A stretch of DNA of 62,951 nucleotides, counting the filler, from Bonamia ostreae (Eukaryota), in assembly GCA_040357525.1 (NCBI GenBank). It is 19 parts of 19 records of this genome, joined end to end, with 100 filler letters (N's around TTAATTAATTAA, not from the genome) between each part and the next. Parts side by side here need not be neighbours in the genome. Positions count along the whole stretch, not along the records: positions 36,845 to 40,030 come from JBDODL010000562.1; positions 40,131 to 43,312 come from JBDODL010000563.1; positions 43,413 to 46,592 come from JBDODL010000564.1; positions 46,693 to 49,870 come from JBDODL010000565.1; 15 more parts are not named here. One strand, 5' to 3'. A program made the position numbers and the translations under genes. Below, piece after piece: positions 38,178 through 49,970 of this stretch (position 1 is its first letter; every line of letters begins with the position of its first letter). The notes under the pieces are model-generated. The model was not told the origin of the DNA. It saw nothing but the letters and a program-made list of their open reading frames with translations, and made no database searches.

Positions 38178-38579
38178 TTAGCAATTTATCTCTATATCTT
38201 CAAACGTAAAATTGATTTGTTCATCTGATATAAAAATTTCATTTAGGTTAACGTTTTTTAAAATTGTTTGTTCTGAATACCAATTTGGTTTTATTATTAA
38301 ATCAAAATATAAGTCTTTTTCTCCTTTTATAAAATTCAATTTGTTTTTTTCAAAAATACTAGTAGTTTCTGTTATGTATAAATTCCCACTGCCACTCCAT
38401 CCGCATTCTTTGTATTGCGTTGCTCGAGATTTTAATGTTTTTACTTCTGTCATTTTAATATTTTTATATGCGTTTATATCCTCTGCGGTAAACATTTCTT
38501 CTACATTTCCATTTATTGTAGCGTAAGCTGTTCCTTCACCACTATTTACGATTTCAACAATTTTATTTTTTTCCAACAT
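38178..38579 (-). CDS. XkdM-like (DUF2001) phage tail-tube homolog
   Basis: VNSGEGTAYATING...KTLKSRATQYKECGWSGSGNL resembles XkdM; GGAGG RBS. Confidence 0.7.
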   Translation of the reverse strand: MLEKNKIVEIVNSGEGTAYATINGNVEEMFTAEDINAYKNIKMTEVKTLKSRATQYKECGWSGSGNLYITETTSIFEKNKLNFIKGEKDLYFDLIIKPNWYSEQTILKNVNLNEIFISDEQINFTFEDIEINC

Positions 38580-38739
38580 TTATTTACCCTCCGTTTATCA
38601 ACAATCTATATTTATATCTATCAATCCATTTGTTACCGGATAGCAAGTCTTGTTATATGCATCTTTACATATGTTATCCAACGTGCCTATACTTATATTA
38701 TTTGTAAGCACTTCCTTATCCTTTTTGGTTAATTTTATA

Positions 38740-38943
38740 TTATTCATTTATTTTATCCTCTTTTCTGTTTTCATTATCAAATATAATACCAGTGTTTACA
38801 TTAACAATTCCGCAAACTCTATTATTAAGCTTTTCTAAAATTATAGGTACCAACACTATTTCAGTGCTATCATAATGATTATTTGACTTAGATTGTGACT
38901 CTTGTGCTTCTTTGTATAGTTTTTCAAAAGTTAATTGTTTCAT
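38740..38943 (-). CDS. Hypothetical phage protein
   Basis: 67-aa ORF abutting the upstream gene, with GGAGG RBS. Confidence 0.6.
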   Translation of the reverse strand: MKQLTFEKLYKEAQESQSKSNNHYDSTEIVLVPIILEKLNNRVCGIVNVNTGIIFDNENRKEDKINE

Positions 38944-39771
38944 TTATTTATCCTCCATATATTTAATTATATTATTAGCTATTGCAAAAACCTCTGCCCT
39001 AGTTGGTTGCTGATCTGGACGCATTGTTCCATCTGGATAACCGTTGATAATCCCTTTTTCTTTTAAGCTTATTACTATCCGCTCGCACCAGTGACTTTCT
39101 ATATCGGTAAATACTGGCTCTGGTGTATTAAAACAATACTTGTAGTATTCTCCGTACAGTGCCTTGTAATAATTCTGACACTTTTTGCTAATATAACTAC
39201 GATCAATTACCATTGCACCTTGACGTTTTCTGTTAGCAAAGTCACTGCTTTCTAATCCTACTGTTAATAGTATCTTATGAAATTCATTTCTTAATATCGT
39301 TATGCACCCAGTAGAAGTAGGGTTTTTGTCAATCATATCTCTACCGTGAACATTAATATAATTAGATGTGCTAATTCCTGTTTTCCTAATTACAGGTACA
39401 CTTTCTTTACCAGGCTCTTTTAATTCAAATGCCCTATATTTTCCTAGATGATAACAAGAATGTAAATCATATGTTCCTGTCATTATAGTTGGTACTGGCG
39501 TACCGTCGTTGTCGGCTCCATCACCCATTGGGTCGTCGGGTAATGTACTGCAATAGCTAGTGTAATGTAACGCAAAATTTTCATGCTTGAAACAATATAT
39601 TAGCGTTGCTTTAATCCTTCCATCGGGGTGTTTGTTTGGTATCCTTGCAGTACCTAAGTCATTATGGGAAAATCCCTCTAAGGCTATTAATACTATGTTC
39701 TCATTTTATAAGTTTGAGTTATTCTCAAAATGTTATTCTTTAATTTGGTTTAATCTTTCTGTTTTAGTCAT
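38944..39771 (-). pseudogene. L,D-transpeptidase-like + SLH-domain protein with two in-frame TAA codons near its N-terminus
   Basis: AGGAGG and ATG at 39771 are in frame with ORF 38944-39528; TAA at 39733-39735 and 39706-39708; INVHG...STGCI; SLH FTDIESHW...GIINGYPDGTMRPDQQPTRAE. Confidence 0.7.
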
Positions 39772-39783
39772 TGTTATTTCCTC

Positions 39784-39999
39784 CTATAATTTTCTACCAC
39801 ATATAGGGCAGTAGTTTATGTTTAATGTGGCTGTATCTTGGTTTTGTACAAAATGTTCAAGTGTTTTATTTTCGCCATCTATTTGAAAATAATCACCTAC
39901 CATTTGGGCGTTAGTTTCTCTAGATTCGTTTTCTAGTGTTTTGTATCTACGGCAATAATTGCAACCTTTCTTTCTTGTGACCGAACAATCATCATTCAT
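39784..39999 (-). CDS. Small phage Zn-ribbon-like protein
   Basis: CNYC ... INYCPICGRKL; AGGAGG RBS. Confidence 0.75.
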   Translation of the reverse strand: MNDDCSVTRKKGCNYCRRYKTLENESRETNAQMVGDYFQIDGENKTLEHFVQNQDTATLNINYCPICGRKL

Positions 40000-40130
40000 A
40001 GTGTTATTTCCTCCTATCTATTATATCAGTNNNNNNNNNNNNNNNNNNNNNNNNNNNNNNNNNNNNNNNNNNNNTTAATTAATTAANNNNNNNNNNNNNN
40101 NNNNNNNNNNNNNNNNNNNNNNNNNNNNNN

Positions 40131-41541
40131 ACGGGGTAATCTCCGTCTAATCTGAAGTTTTCTTCGCACTCCAAGTCACATTCGTCGCCTTCATCCGCGT
40201 TTGCGCACTTTTCGACACTGTTTTGGTTCGAGTTTGTATTTTGTGGGGGATTTGCACAACAAAAATCGCTATTTTCGGTACATTCTACTGGAGGTAGCCA
40301 ATCACCCCCTTCCTGACAAATTGGAACTGTGTCATTTAATTGATATCCTTCCATACATTGCACATCACAAACATCTCCAACGTTTAAATCAGCGCATGAA
40401 CTTGTGTTAATGGAGTTTGGAACGACCGGGGGATTTGAGCAACTTGCGTTCGAGACGCAATTGCTCAAAGGTACGTAATTGCCTTGTTTCTGACAAACCG
40501 GAAAATCGCCGTCCAAAAAATAATTTGTGTCGCAGACGATTTTGCAAATGTAACCTTCTGATTTGTTGTCGCATTTGTCTATTGAAGATTGAACCGCATG
40601 TTCTGTTTTTGGTCCTTTTGGGCAGGCGTAATCTAAAATTTTGTATTAAAAAAAACTTCCAATACATTCTACGTTTGGTAGCCATTCTCCTGATTTTTGG
40701 CATATAGGATCGGTATCGTTGAGTTGATATCCTGAGTAACATTGGACTGGACATATGTTTCCAACAGATTTGTTGCGACAATTATTTAACGAATCTTCTA
40801 CTGCTCTAGGCACAAATGGGGCTTCTTGGCAAATGTACACTTTACAGTTTTTTCATTGTAGTTTATGTTTTAAATATGTTGTGACAACAATTTTACAAAA
40901 AATATTTTATCAATCAAACTTTTTTTACAAATATCATCGGTCAATTGCTTTATTTTTTTATCCAAATCTGTTACGTTTTTGCTATAAATTATCATATCCT
41001 GGTCCCCTGTTATCTCATTCAATATGTCATAGTTGATGTCGTTGAATCCAGCTGCTTGAATAAAAAAGTTATCACTCCTCATCGTTGCAGACATTTCTTT
41101 AACATCATAAGTATCTTTGAAAGGGTTTCCGTCAGTCACTACCAACAAAACGGTTGCCAAATCATTAGGACGGTTATTTGTGTACACTTTATTCATGCAA
41201 CCTCCTATTTTCGTTTCTCCCGTTTTGGATGGCGGCTCAATTTTTAATAAAGCGTCATTAACTTGACTTAATTCGTCAAAATCGTTGTAATCGAAATAGT
41301 CTACAAAGGTTTCAGCGAAGCCTTCTGCCATTGTCTTCAAAAAGGACTCTTCTGAACTCTTCGTGATTTGGTTGTTGTAGTCGACTAGAAAGTTTTTTTC
41401 GTCGTCGTAGCCAGTCGGGTTTTCATAAGTGATGCTTCCAGAGCCGTCAATGCAATAAGCGATATTGAAAAGACACGCAAACACAGATTTGATAAAAGCT
41501 GTGAAGATCAAAATTTTTTTGATATTAGAAAAGGACTGCAT
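40131..41541 (-). CDS. vWA + Sushi-like repeat surface protein, copy A (3' truncated in module 4)
   Basis: Signal peptide, DGSGS..T..VTDG MIDAS, then 6-Cys modules; introns after the vWA domain (40840-40919) and after module 1. Confidence 0.85.
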
Positions 41542-41685
41542 TTTTTAACAATTCTAAAATGTGGTTGTGAGCAAGGTACTTTTTAATAAATAAAAATAAT
41601 TAAAATTTACGTGTAATATCGTTTTTAAAATCGTCTTTTTATCAAAAATTTCACAATTGAAATATAATTTATTTTCTCGATAATC

Positions 41686-43281
41686 TTATCGGATTAGCAA
41701 ATCAACTCTAATTGACGGATCCCTAAATTCTCCAACCCCAATTTCATTAATCTCGTTCTCGATATTGAGTATATCAGCATCTGTAACAAAACTTGAAGCA
41801 AACAAAATAAATACTCCTGCAACAAAAATCGCACTAAACATTACGGCATACAAAAACACCGGCCAAAACTTCATTTGGAATGAGCCTTTGCTCTTTTCAA
41901 AGCATATTGGTAGATATAACCAGCCAAAATCATCGCCTAACTCAGCGCAAACGGGGTTTCCCCCCAATTTCATGTAATTTTCAGAGCAAAAAATATCACA
42001 ACTTGCGTCTAAAAATTTCCCAGCACAATTTTCAGATTTTACTTTGTCGACGTTATCAATATTTGGAGCGGTTTCACAGTATCCTTTGCACTGTGAAGAA
42101 GGCGCATATGTGCAATTTTCCTGACAAACAGGGTAATCGCCATTCAATTTGTAGTTCTTTTCACAAAATATAACGCATTGGTACCCAACTTGTTTTCCGG
42201 CACAATCGGTTAAACTTTGTTCAACAGCGTTTTCAGTGTAGGGACTATCAGTACAAGTTTCATTTTTTAGACCACAATAACTGTTGGGAAGCCATGTTCC
42301 GTCTACTTCGCATCGGGGGTTCGAACCAATTAAAACATAATTTTCGAGGCATTCTATTGAGCAAACAAAGCCATTATTTTTGTTTCCGCAAGCTTCTATC
42401 GAGTTTGGGTTTGCGTTTTTTACTGTTGGACCTGTTGGGCAGTCGTATTCTGTTTTTAATTAAGTTTTGTAACCTCCCGTGCATGAAACTGAAGGGTACC
42501 ACAATCCGTTTTTGCGACAAACAGGGTTTTGATTGCTTAGATTGTAACTTTCTGGGCATTCAATCACACAGATGTTCGCAATTGGTCTGTTTTTGCATTT
42601 ACTTAACGATTCCTCTGTAGCGCGCGGAACGAATGGAGGGTTTTCGCAGATAGCAACTAATTTTTATATCCAAAAACGTAATTCACAGATGTCGTTCGTC
42701 AAGTAATCGATCAAAAAATCCAGTTCTTGAACTTTTGTGCCATAAACAAACAAATCGGGGTCGCCAGTTATATCTGTTAAGATGTCACTGGATACACTTG
42801 AAAAACCACCAGCTTGAATCATAAAACTGTTCTCCCTCATCAACCACGATATTTCTGTCAAATTGTAAGAGTCCCCATTAGGGTCACCATCAATTAAGAT
42901 AAACACTACAATGGGCAGATTGCCTGCACTGCGGGTGTAAACGTCGTGCATACAACCTCCTATCTGCGTCCCAGCACTATCTTTAAGAGGAGAAGCATCC
43001 ATAATAGCCCCATTAACTTCTTCAGTAGTCGCGTAATTTCCGTAAGGAACGTAATTTTCAACGTAAGTAGCAAAACCATTTACCATCGTGTCGATGAATT
43101 TTTCTTGTGACGTGAACGTGACATTGTTGTTATATTGCACAGCCAAATATTTTTCGAATTCGAAGATACCGTCTATTTGTGTATCCCCTGAACTGTCAAT
43201 GCAAATCGCCAAATTGAAGATACAATTTGAAACAGGCATACTAAAAAAGCTAACTAACAACAAAGTAGGAAGATTCGCCAT
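41686..43281 (-). CDS. vWA + 4 Sushi-like modules + TM surface protein, copy B (complete)
   Basis: Signal peptide, variant MIDAS DSSGD, 21-nt intron 42657-42677 and a 24-nt intron, four modules, TM FWPVFLYAVMFSAIFVAGVFILF. Confidence 0.85.
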
Positions 43282-43412
43282 TTAAAAAATGTGTTGTAGA
43301 AGTTAACAAAGANNNNNNNNNNNNNNNNNNNNNNNNNNNNNNNNNNNNNNNNNNNNTTAATTAATTAANNNNNNNNNNNNNNNNNNNNNNNNNNNNNNNN
43401 NNNNNNNNNNNN

Positions 43413-44790
43413 TAACGGTATAAAAAAATGAGTAAAAGAGTTTTTGTTGGAATCAGATTCGATTCTAACAATAATATAATCGCCCAAACTATTGGCACAA
43501 AATAAATAAAAATTATCCAATTTCGACTTTGAAGATTTTAGCCAAAATTGTTTTAATTTTATTATCGGACTTTTCAGATAATGTTTTAGTTCCATCAACG
43601 AAGAACTCATATTGTTCACATCGAAGATTTTGATATAATCCGAGCAACTTTAATTTATTATTTTCGACAAAATTTTTAAAACTGAAAATTAAAGTTTTAG
43701 CAAAACGCGGTAAAAAAGCGATCAGAATTTTTATCGTCAGTTTTTATGCAAAATAAGTCATTTTTGTTTTCAAGATTTAGTTTTGTTGCAGTTAAAGTTT
43801 TTTCTTTTTGTTTTGTGTCAACAACAAAAAGATTATTTTTTAAAGCCGATATTAAAAATTTGCCGCTTTTGCCGATTTTTATTATTTTTGCCGATTTTTG
43901 GCTAATTTTATTTAAATTTGGAATGTTAAGTTGGCACTGGTGAAGCACAAAAATGTCTTTTTCTGCTCCCCAAATAATTATATTGTAATCTTTAGTTAAA
44001 ATAGCGATCGAATGAGTGTTTGTGTCGTTTACGAAATTTGTGATCGCTCGTGAACCCGTTTTCACGTTAAGTTTTTTTGTTGATTTTGATGTCAACAACA
44101 ACTTTTTCCTATTTTTTGTTTAAGATATTTTTAATAATTTTTTAAAGGTTTTTAGAAATTTTTTATTGCGATTCAATTTTTTTTTGTCAAAATTTTTTTT
44201 CGATTTAATTTTTTATTTTTGTAAATTTTTGCGATTAATTTTTGACAAAAATTTTAAAAACTCATTAATTCCAACTTTTAATTTATTGTAGAATAAAGTT
44301 TTGTCGAATTGGACATAACAATGGAGATACTCTCCAGACTGATTTTTTGAAATTTCAATTGAAATCAAATCATCTTCTAAATTTGAAATTTTGACTTCCG
44401 TTAAATTTCTTACAGTAAACTCACCTTTCATTTATTTGCTAATTCTAAAAACCATTTTTTATTTTTGCTAATTTATAATTTAGCTTTGTTGTTGATCCGC
44501 CCATTTTATAAACCGTAACGAATATGTACACGTTTTTAATCAAAACGCTTGACAAGCAATTGCAAAACTTTGCAAGTTTTACGCTATTGTTTGCTAATCT
44601 GTTTTTAAATTTTTGACTTAATTGTTTTCCAGATAGATCTCCGAGGCTAAGCACATTAGTCTCCAAACGCAGTTTAGTGTCATCTGATTAACTTTAAAAA
44701 ATCAACCAAATTTATGGAATCTTCTCATCGATTTTGTCTAATTTAAAGTCGATCGCCACTTATAGTTTTCACATAATATTTCTGTTTTCA
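43413..44790 (-). CDS. Multi-exon hypothetical protein, possibly beta-propeller
   Basis: Series of minus-strand ORFs separated by short introns; family not recognised. Confidence 0.35.
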
Positions 44791-44873
44791 TAAAAAAATC
44801 TAAAACTCTGTTATATACAAAAATCATAATTCAGCCCAAAAAGCTAATTATCCGAAAAGCTAATTCAACCCTA

Positions 44874-45327
44874 ATGGGCAAACTGTTTTTATTCGCGACA
44901 TTATAGTAACCGAAAAAACAAAATCATCATTCTTCTGAAAGGGCGACACGCCGGCAAAAAAGCCGTTATAATCAAGTCGTTCGACGAAGGCACAACAGAA
45001 CGGCCGTTTCCCCATTGCTTAGTCGCGGGAATCGAAAGATATCCCCGAAAGGTCACGAAAGGGATGAAAAGAGAAGACATTCTAAAAAAGTCCAAAGTCA
45101 AAGCTTTTTTCCGCTACGTTAACGTATCCCACGTTATTATAACGCGATACAATGTGGACATAAACCTATCAGAGCTGACTTCCTATGACTTTAGCGACCC
45201 CTCGGCTAGAGCTGACAACAGAAAGCGGATAGGCGACTTGTTAACTAAGCGATATTTGACTGCCAGCGCCAAAGACAAAAAAGTGAGCGACGGAAACGAC
45301 TTTCTTTTCAAGAAACTCATTTTCTAA
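44874..45327 (+). CDS. RPL27: 60S ribosomal protein L27 (eL27)
   Basis: 22-nt intron 44885-44906; LKGRHAGKKAVIIK, LVAGIERYPRKVTK, FLFKKLIF*. Confidence 0.96.
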
Positions 45328-45652
45328 ATGTGCGTCGTTCTTTCTTTTGACCAATTTTTTTAAATTTTTGATAATATTTGTTATCAAACTTCTTTTGATC
45401 GTCGTAATATCTTCTCAGATTTGCATTTTTTATAAAAGATCCTTTCTTCTTTCGCAAAAGCGATTTCAGCTTAAATCGATGTCATTTAAAAAAGTCACTT
45501 AAAAATTTGCTGTTTCAGTTTTTGATGCGATTTTTTCATTTTTAGTCTATTTTTGATTTCCGGAAACAATTTTTTCGATGTCATTTTAACAAATATATCT
45601 GAGCCAAAACCCGTAAATTTAAGCTTTAAGATTGATCGTTTCAGTTGATAAA

Positions 45653-46521
45653 ATGTTGCTGATAGATCGTCTAAACGAAATTTCGAACAAGGATTTAAAA
45701 TCGTCAGAAGACGGAATGAGCGAAGATAGTTTTCGCAAAGAAACCAAAAATTTGGAAAACAAGATAAAATTTTTAAGAGAGCAAACTGATTTAATTCTGA
45801 ATCTAAAAAATCAGTTCAGCCAAAAATATACGACAACTGACCAAAACATTATTTTGAAAAAATTTAAAGACGTTTATTTAAGAGGGCGTAGCAGCCATAA
45901 CACGCAGTTTGATAAGATCCAGCAAATTAAAAACAGCCGTGAAAGTGATTACGATCGCTACAAGAAAAATGTCTTGGAAATTTTACAAAAAGAATTTTCA
46001 GCTGTTTATAAAACATTTTTTGAAACCGTTGACACTACAAACCAATTTTTCACTGAAACACTGAGCTTTCAAAGCATTTATTGTAATTTTCTTAATTTAA
46101 GTGGACGAGGAAAAATCAACTGAGATTAAAACGACTCAAAAAATGGCCAATTTTATTAAGCCACACAAAAAAGTAGAAATCGAAATCGAAAAAATAGAGA
46201 ACACGCATGAAGCTGTGGAAGATATACAATTCAAAGTGTTAGAACTTGATGTTTCAATTAATAAATCAAGAAATTGTATACAGACGCATCGAAGATAGTT
46301 TTCGAACAGGAGAACAAACTCTTTGACATCGAAGATTGTGTTTTAGCTTCGAAACAGAAAATGATGGAATCGAAAAAGGACATCGAAAAAGCAAATGATT
46401 ATAGCAAAGACACCAACAAAGTTTTTTGTATTGAAACTTTGAGTTGGGATGTTGTTTATGTGTATTTTTAACGTGTACGGCGGTTTTAAGTATTTTTGTT
46501 GTCGTTGGAATCGTTTTATAA
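45653..46521 (+). CDS. Syntaxin-like Qa-SNARE
   Basis: SNARE motif IENTHEAVEDIQ...VFEQENKLFDIE...DIEKANDY; C-terminal TM after intron 46421-46443. Confidence 0.75.
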
Positions 46522-46752
46522 ATTTTAAAACTTTCGATTGTACTACATAATTGTCATTTTAAAAATTGGCAATTTTCAATAAAAACTTTTTANNNNNNNN
46601 NNNNNNNNNNNNNNNNNNNNNNNNNNNNNNNNNNNNTTAATTAATTAANNNNNNNNNNNNNNNNNNNNNNNNNNNNNNNNNNNNNNNNNNNNTAAAATAT
46701 TCTGATGGTAAAAATAAAAATGTAATGAAACAATTATAAAGATGTAAAAATA

Positions 46753-46947
46753 GATTTTCGAGTGAAAGGGTATAGTGGCGAGAAGCACATTGTTTTGGCA
46801 GAAAATAATATATTTGGTAGCAGAAATGATGTCGTCTCTATTTCCTTTTTAACGATTTCCATTTTTTCTCTTTTATCAATTTTTGTGAATATTTTGTTCT
46901 ATTTGTTTTGTTCTAGAAAGTATGGCGATTTGAGATATTTAAAATAA
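46753..46947 (+). CDS. CDC50/LEM3 flippase beta subunit, last exon
   Basis: FRVKGYSGEKHIVL...FGSRNDVVSISFL + TM + RKYGD. Confidence 0.7.
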   Translation, partial: DFRVKGYSGEKHIVLAENNIFGSRNDVVSISFLTISIFSLLSIFVNILFYLFCSRKYGDLRYLK

Positions 46948-47052
46948 TGTTTGTTTTTATATTTTATCATTGAATATGTTCATATAGACAAAATAATTGT
47001 TTTAAATATAAAAATAGTCAAAAATAAAACAACGAATCAGCTTTATCATAAA

Positions 47053-49257
47053 ATGAAACCAGAAAAAGTAATAAAAAATACAGATATAAAAGTGTTGTAT
47101 TTATATTCTTTGTTGATATTTGTTTGGTTTGTTATTTTTGTAACAATATTTGCGAAAGCAATAATGAACTTGCCAAATTTTGACGCAAGATTTAAGTTTG
47201 AAATGTTTTATTTTTTGTTACATATAACAAAGCATTTTTATTACAACAAATTAAATTTTGTTTCCAAAATAAAAAGTTTGTTGTCAGGAAAAAACTTTAA
47301 TGGAAAAATTTGTGGGTTGGAGAATGACAAAAAATTTATTTTTTGGCCAAAATCTATTTTACAAAATACAAAATCTTTATATATTATCAAATGCATTGAA
47401 GACTGTTCTCTAACTTTTGGCGACAGTGGATTTTATACTTTTCAATGTTTTGTTAGTATATTTCACAAGAAACGTTATTTTACAAATTGTTTTTAAAATC
47501 AAAGTTTTGAATCTGTGCATTCCCACAATAACAAATTTTATAAAAATTTCAAAATCGCCACAAATGATCGATTTTTCTGAATCAATTTTATTTTATCTGT
47601 TTGTTTTGGTTGTTACACGTTTATTGTTAAATTTATAATGATAATTTTAGCTATTCCGTAAAATTTTAAATTAAAAATATTGAAGTCTTCGTTTTTATAA
47701 TATTTGTTTTGACATTGATATTGTGTGGATCTTTTTTTGTGCAGTTCTCAGTTTTTGCGATTTTTGTTTTAGCATATTCTCTTTCTACTATTGTTATCAG
47801 CAAAAATGTTTTATAAAAATAACAAAAATAGATTTTATTTGATGGCTCCGTCTTTACGTTCTATTATAAAGGGATTTTTATAAGTTTATTGGTATGCATA
47901 GGTTCTGTTATTTATTTTCTCTTTGTTGTTGTCTATACCAAGAAAATTAGATTTTGTTTTTAATGTCACAAGATTATTTAATTTTTGTATCTGAAATTTA
48001 TATTTCAATCAATGTTATATTTGGTAGTCTTTGAATTTATTGCCGCAATATTTTTATATTTTGTTGTTACAAATTATTTGATAAAAATTTTAATTTAAAA
48101 GGCGCAAATATAACAAAAAAAGTGGCAAAAATATATTTGAAAAATCCTATTTTGTTACTGATAAACCAATTTACGGCGTTGTTACAAATCACAGTTTTAA
48201 TCATTTTTATTATTACCAACATATTTATATTCAGAAACAAGTTTTTTCCAATTAAAAAAGTTTTGTTGTTAAAACAGGTGGAATATCCATAGAAACAACA
48301 CATTTTATAAATTTGGTATCAATACTTTTGAACTTTGTTTTGTTCTGTTGGACCTACGGGTTTTTGGATCAAATGCAATTTTATTTTGTAACAAAAATGT
48401 TTTTTTCTTTATTTTCTGGAAACAAAAACGGGAGAAAAAATATTTTGAATATATCTAAAAGACTTTTTAATAGTATTGGCACTATATTGGCTTCAAGTTT
48501 TTTATATCCTTTTTGTTGTTTTGCGTCTTTAATGTCTTTTGGATTTTGGATTTTGCTATCGCTTCTTCGGAAATTTGAATCTGTTACAAAATTAAAACTA
48601 GTTTTTAGAAAAATTTTTGCCAAATTATTGTTATAAGTTATTTAAAACGATATTTTTTGTTATTGAAATTTATTTTTTAGAAATTTATAAATAGTTACAA
48701 TTTTTTTATTAGAAAGTTATTGCTCACGTTTTTTAGAAAGTTATTGTCACAAATTTTTGTTTCACTTTTCGAAATGTTTTAGTTGTTAATAATTTAAAAA
48801 GATCGCAGAAAAATTAATGATAATGACAAATAATGTAACAATGTCTACAATAGCAATTAATGGAAAGGACTATAAAAACGGTATTGTAAAATCTTCAAAT
48901 TTGCAAAGAAATAAGAAAATAATAACTTTTTGTAATCAATTTGTTAATTTTATCGTTCTGTCTCTCGGAAGTTTATTAATCGTTATAATTGTTACTACCT
49001 TCGCTTATATTTTAATTGAAAAGATTCAAGGATACGAAATGAATTTTGGTTTCTACACAGTTTTTATCTAAAATTTAAAGATTTTTAGTTTTGGAGTTTT
49101 TCTAAACGGTTATATGTTGCTAAATGTGCTAAATGTGGGCTGTAACGCGATCCTGGTATATTACTTTATCGAAATAGAGAAGAAAAAGAAGCATATTGCG
49201 CAAAATCAGCCATTTAAAGATGACGGAAAAATCAATTTTTTCTTTTTAAGTGATTGA
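47053..49257 (+). CDS. Highly divergent choline transporter-like protein (SLC44/CTL)
   Basis: TD+TM1, LLSGKNFNGKICG, CIEDC, SIGTILASSFL, IAINGKDY; multiple TM segments. Confidence 0.65.
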
Positions 49258-49299
49258 ATTGCCGTTGTTAAATTTTGTTGTAAAAATGATTTATAGTTT

Positions 49300-49870
49300 T
49301 TAGTTAATCACAGAATCTTTGATAACGTTTTTCCAGTCGTAATTTTTTAAACGCGTTTCGAAAATTTGCTTGCACCGAACGATCGCTTTTAGTTTGAAAC
49401 ATGTGAGATAGCATCCGCTAAGCTTTCTATGAAGTGTATAAGCTTCAGTTGGAGGGGGAGTTAATCTGTCGGAGAGAATTTCGGTTCCATATGCTTTCAA
49501 ATCGCTCTTTTTATTGTCGACACAAGTTTTGAAAGAAAACCACCATTCGGTCGTTGCTGAAATCATAGAACTCTTTTCTAAAAGGCTCTCCCAAAACGTA
49601 GCCGCTTTTCGCTTGCAATTTTTTTAGTCGGTGAGTTTCGTCTCCTGTGGTGAATCCGAGTTTGCTCGAATGTTTGAAAATCAGTTCATCGTTTTTAATA
49701 ACACACGCGTTCACAAGTTGAATGTACTCGTCTGTGAACTTTTTGCTGTACTTCCGAGCCGCTCCGAAGTCTATTAGATGCAAAGTTTTTGTTTTTGTGT
49801 CGTAACTATGATGATTTCAAATTTATTCAAATTTCTAAACTCTTTATTTAAAGATGATCGTCTTTATAAA
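49300..49870 (-). CDS. COQ8: COQ8/ABC1 atypical kinase, C-terminal part
   Basis: LIDFGAARKY, LGEPF, RLTPPPTEAYTLHRKLSGCYL. Confidence 0.92.
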
Positions 49871-49970
49871 NNNNNNNNNNNNNNNNNNNNNNNNNNNNNN
49901 NNNNNNNNNNNNNNTTAATTAATTAANNNNNNNNNNNNNNNNNNNNNNNNNNNNNNNNNNNNNNNNNNNN

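Larger units (their letters stand above)
36845..40030 (-). mobile_element. Bacteriophage/prophage fragment (Firmicutes/Clostridia-like)
   Basis: Intronless, co-oriented, abutting ORFs with GGAGG Shine-Dalgarno sites, a sigma-A promoter, an intrinsic terminator, and Gp157, HTH, XkdM-like and SLH genes. Confidence 0.9.
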
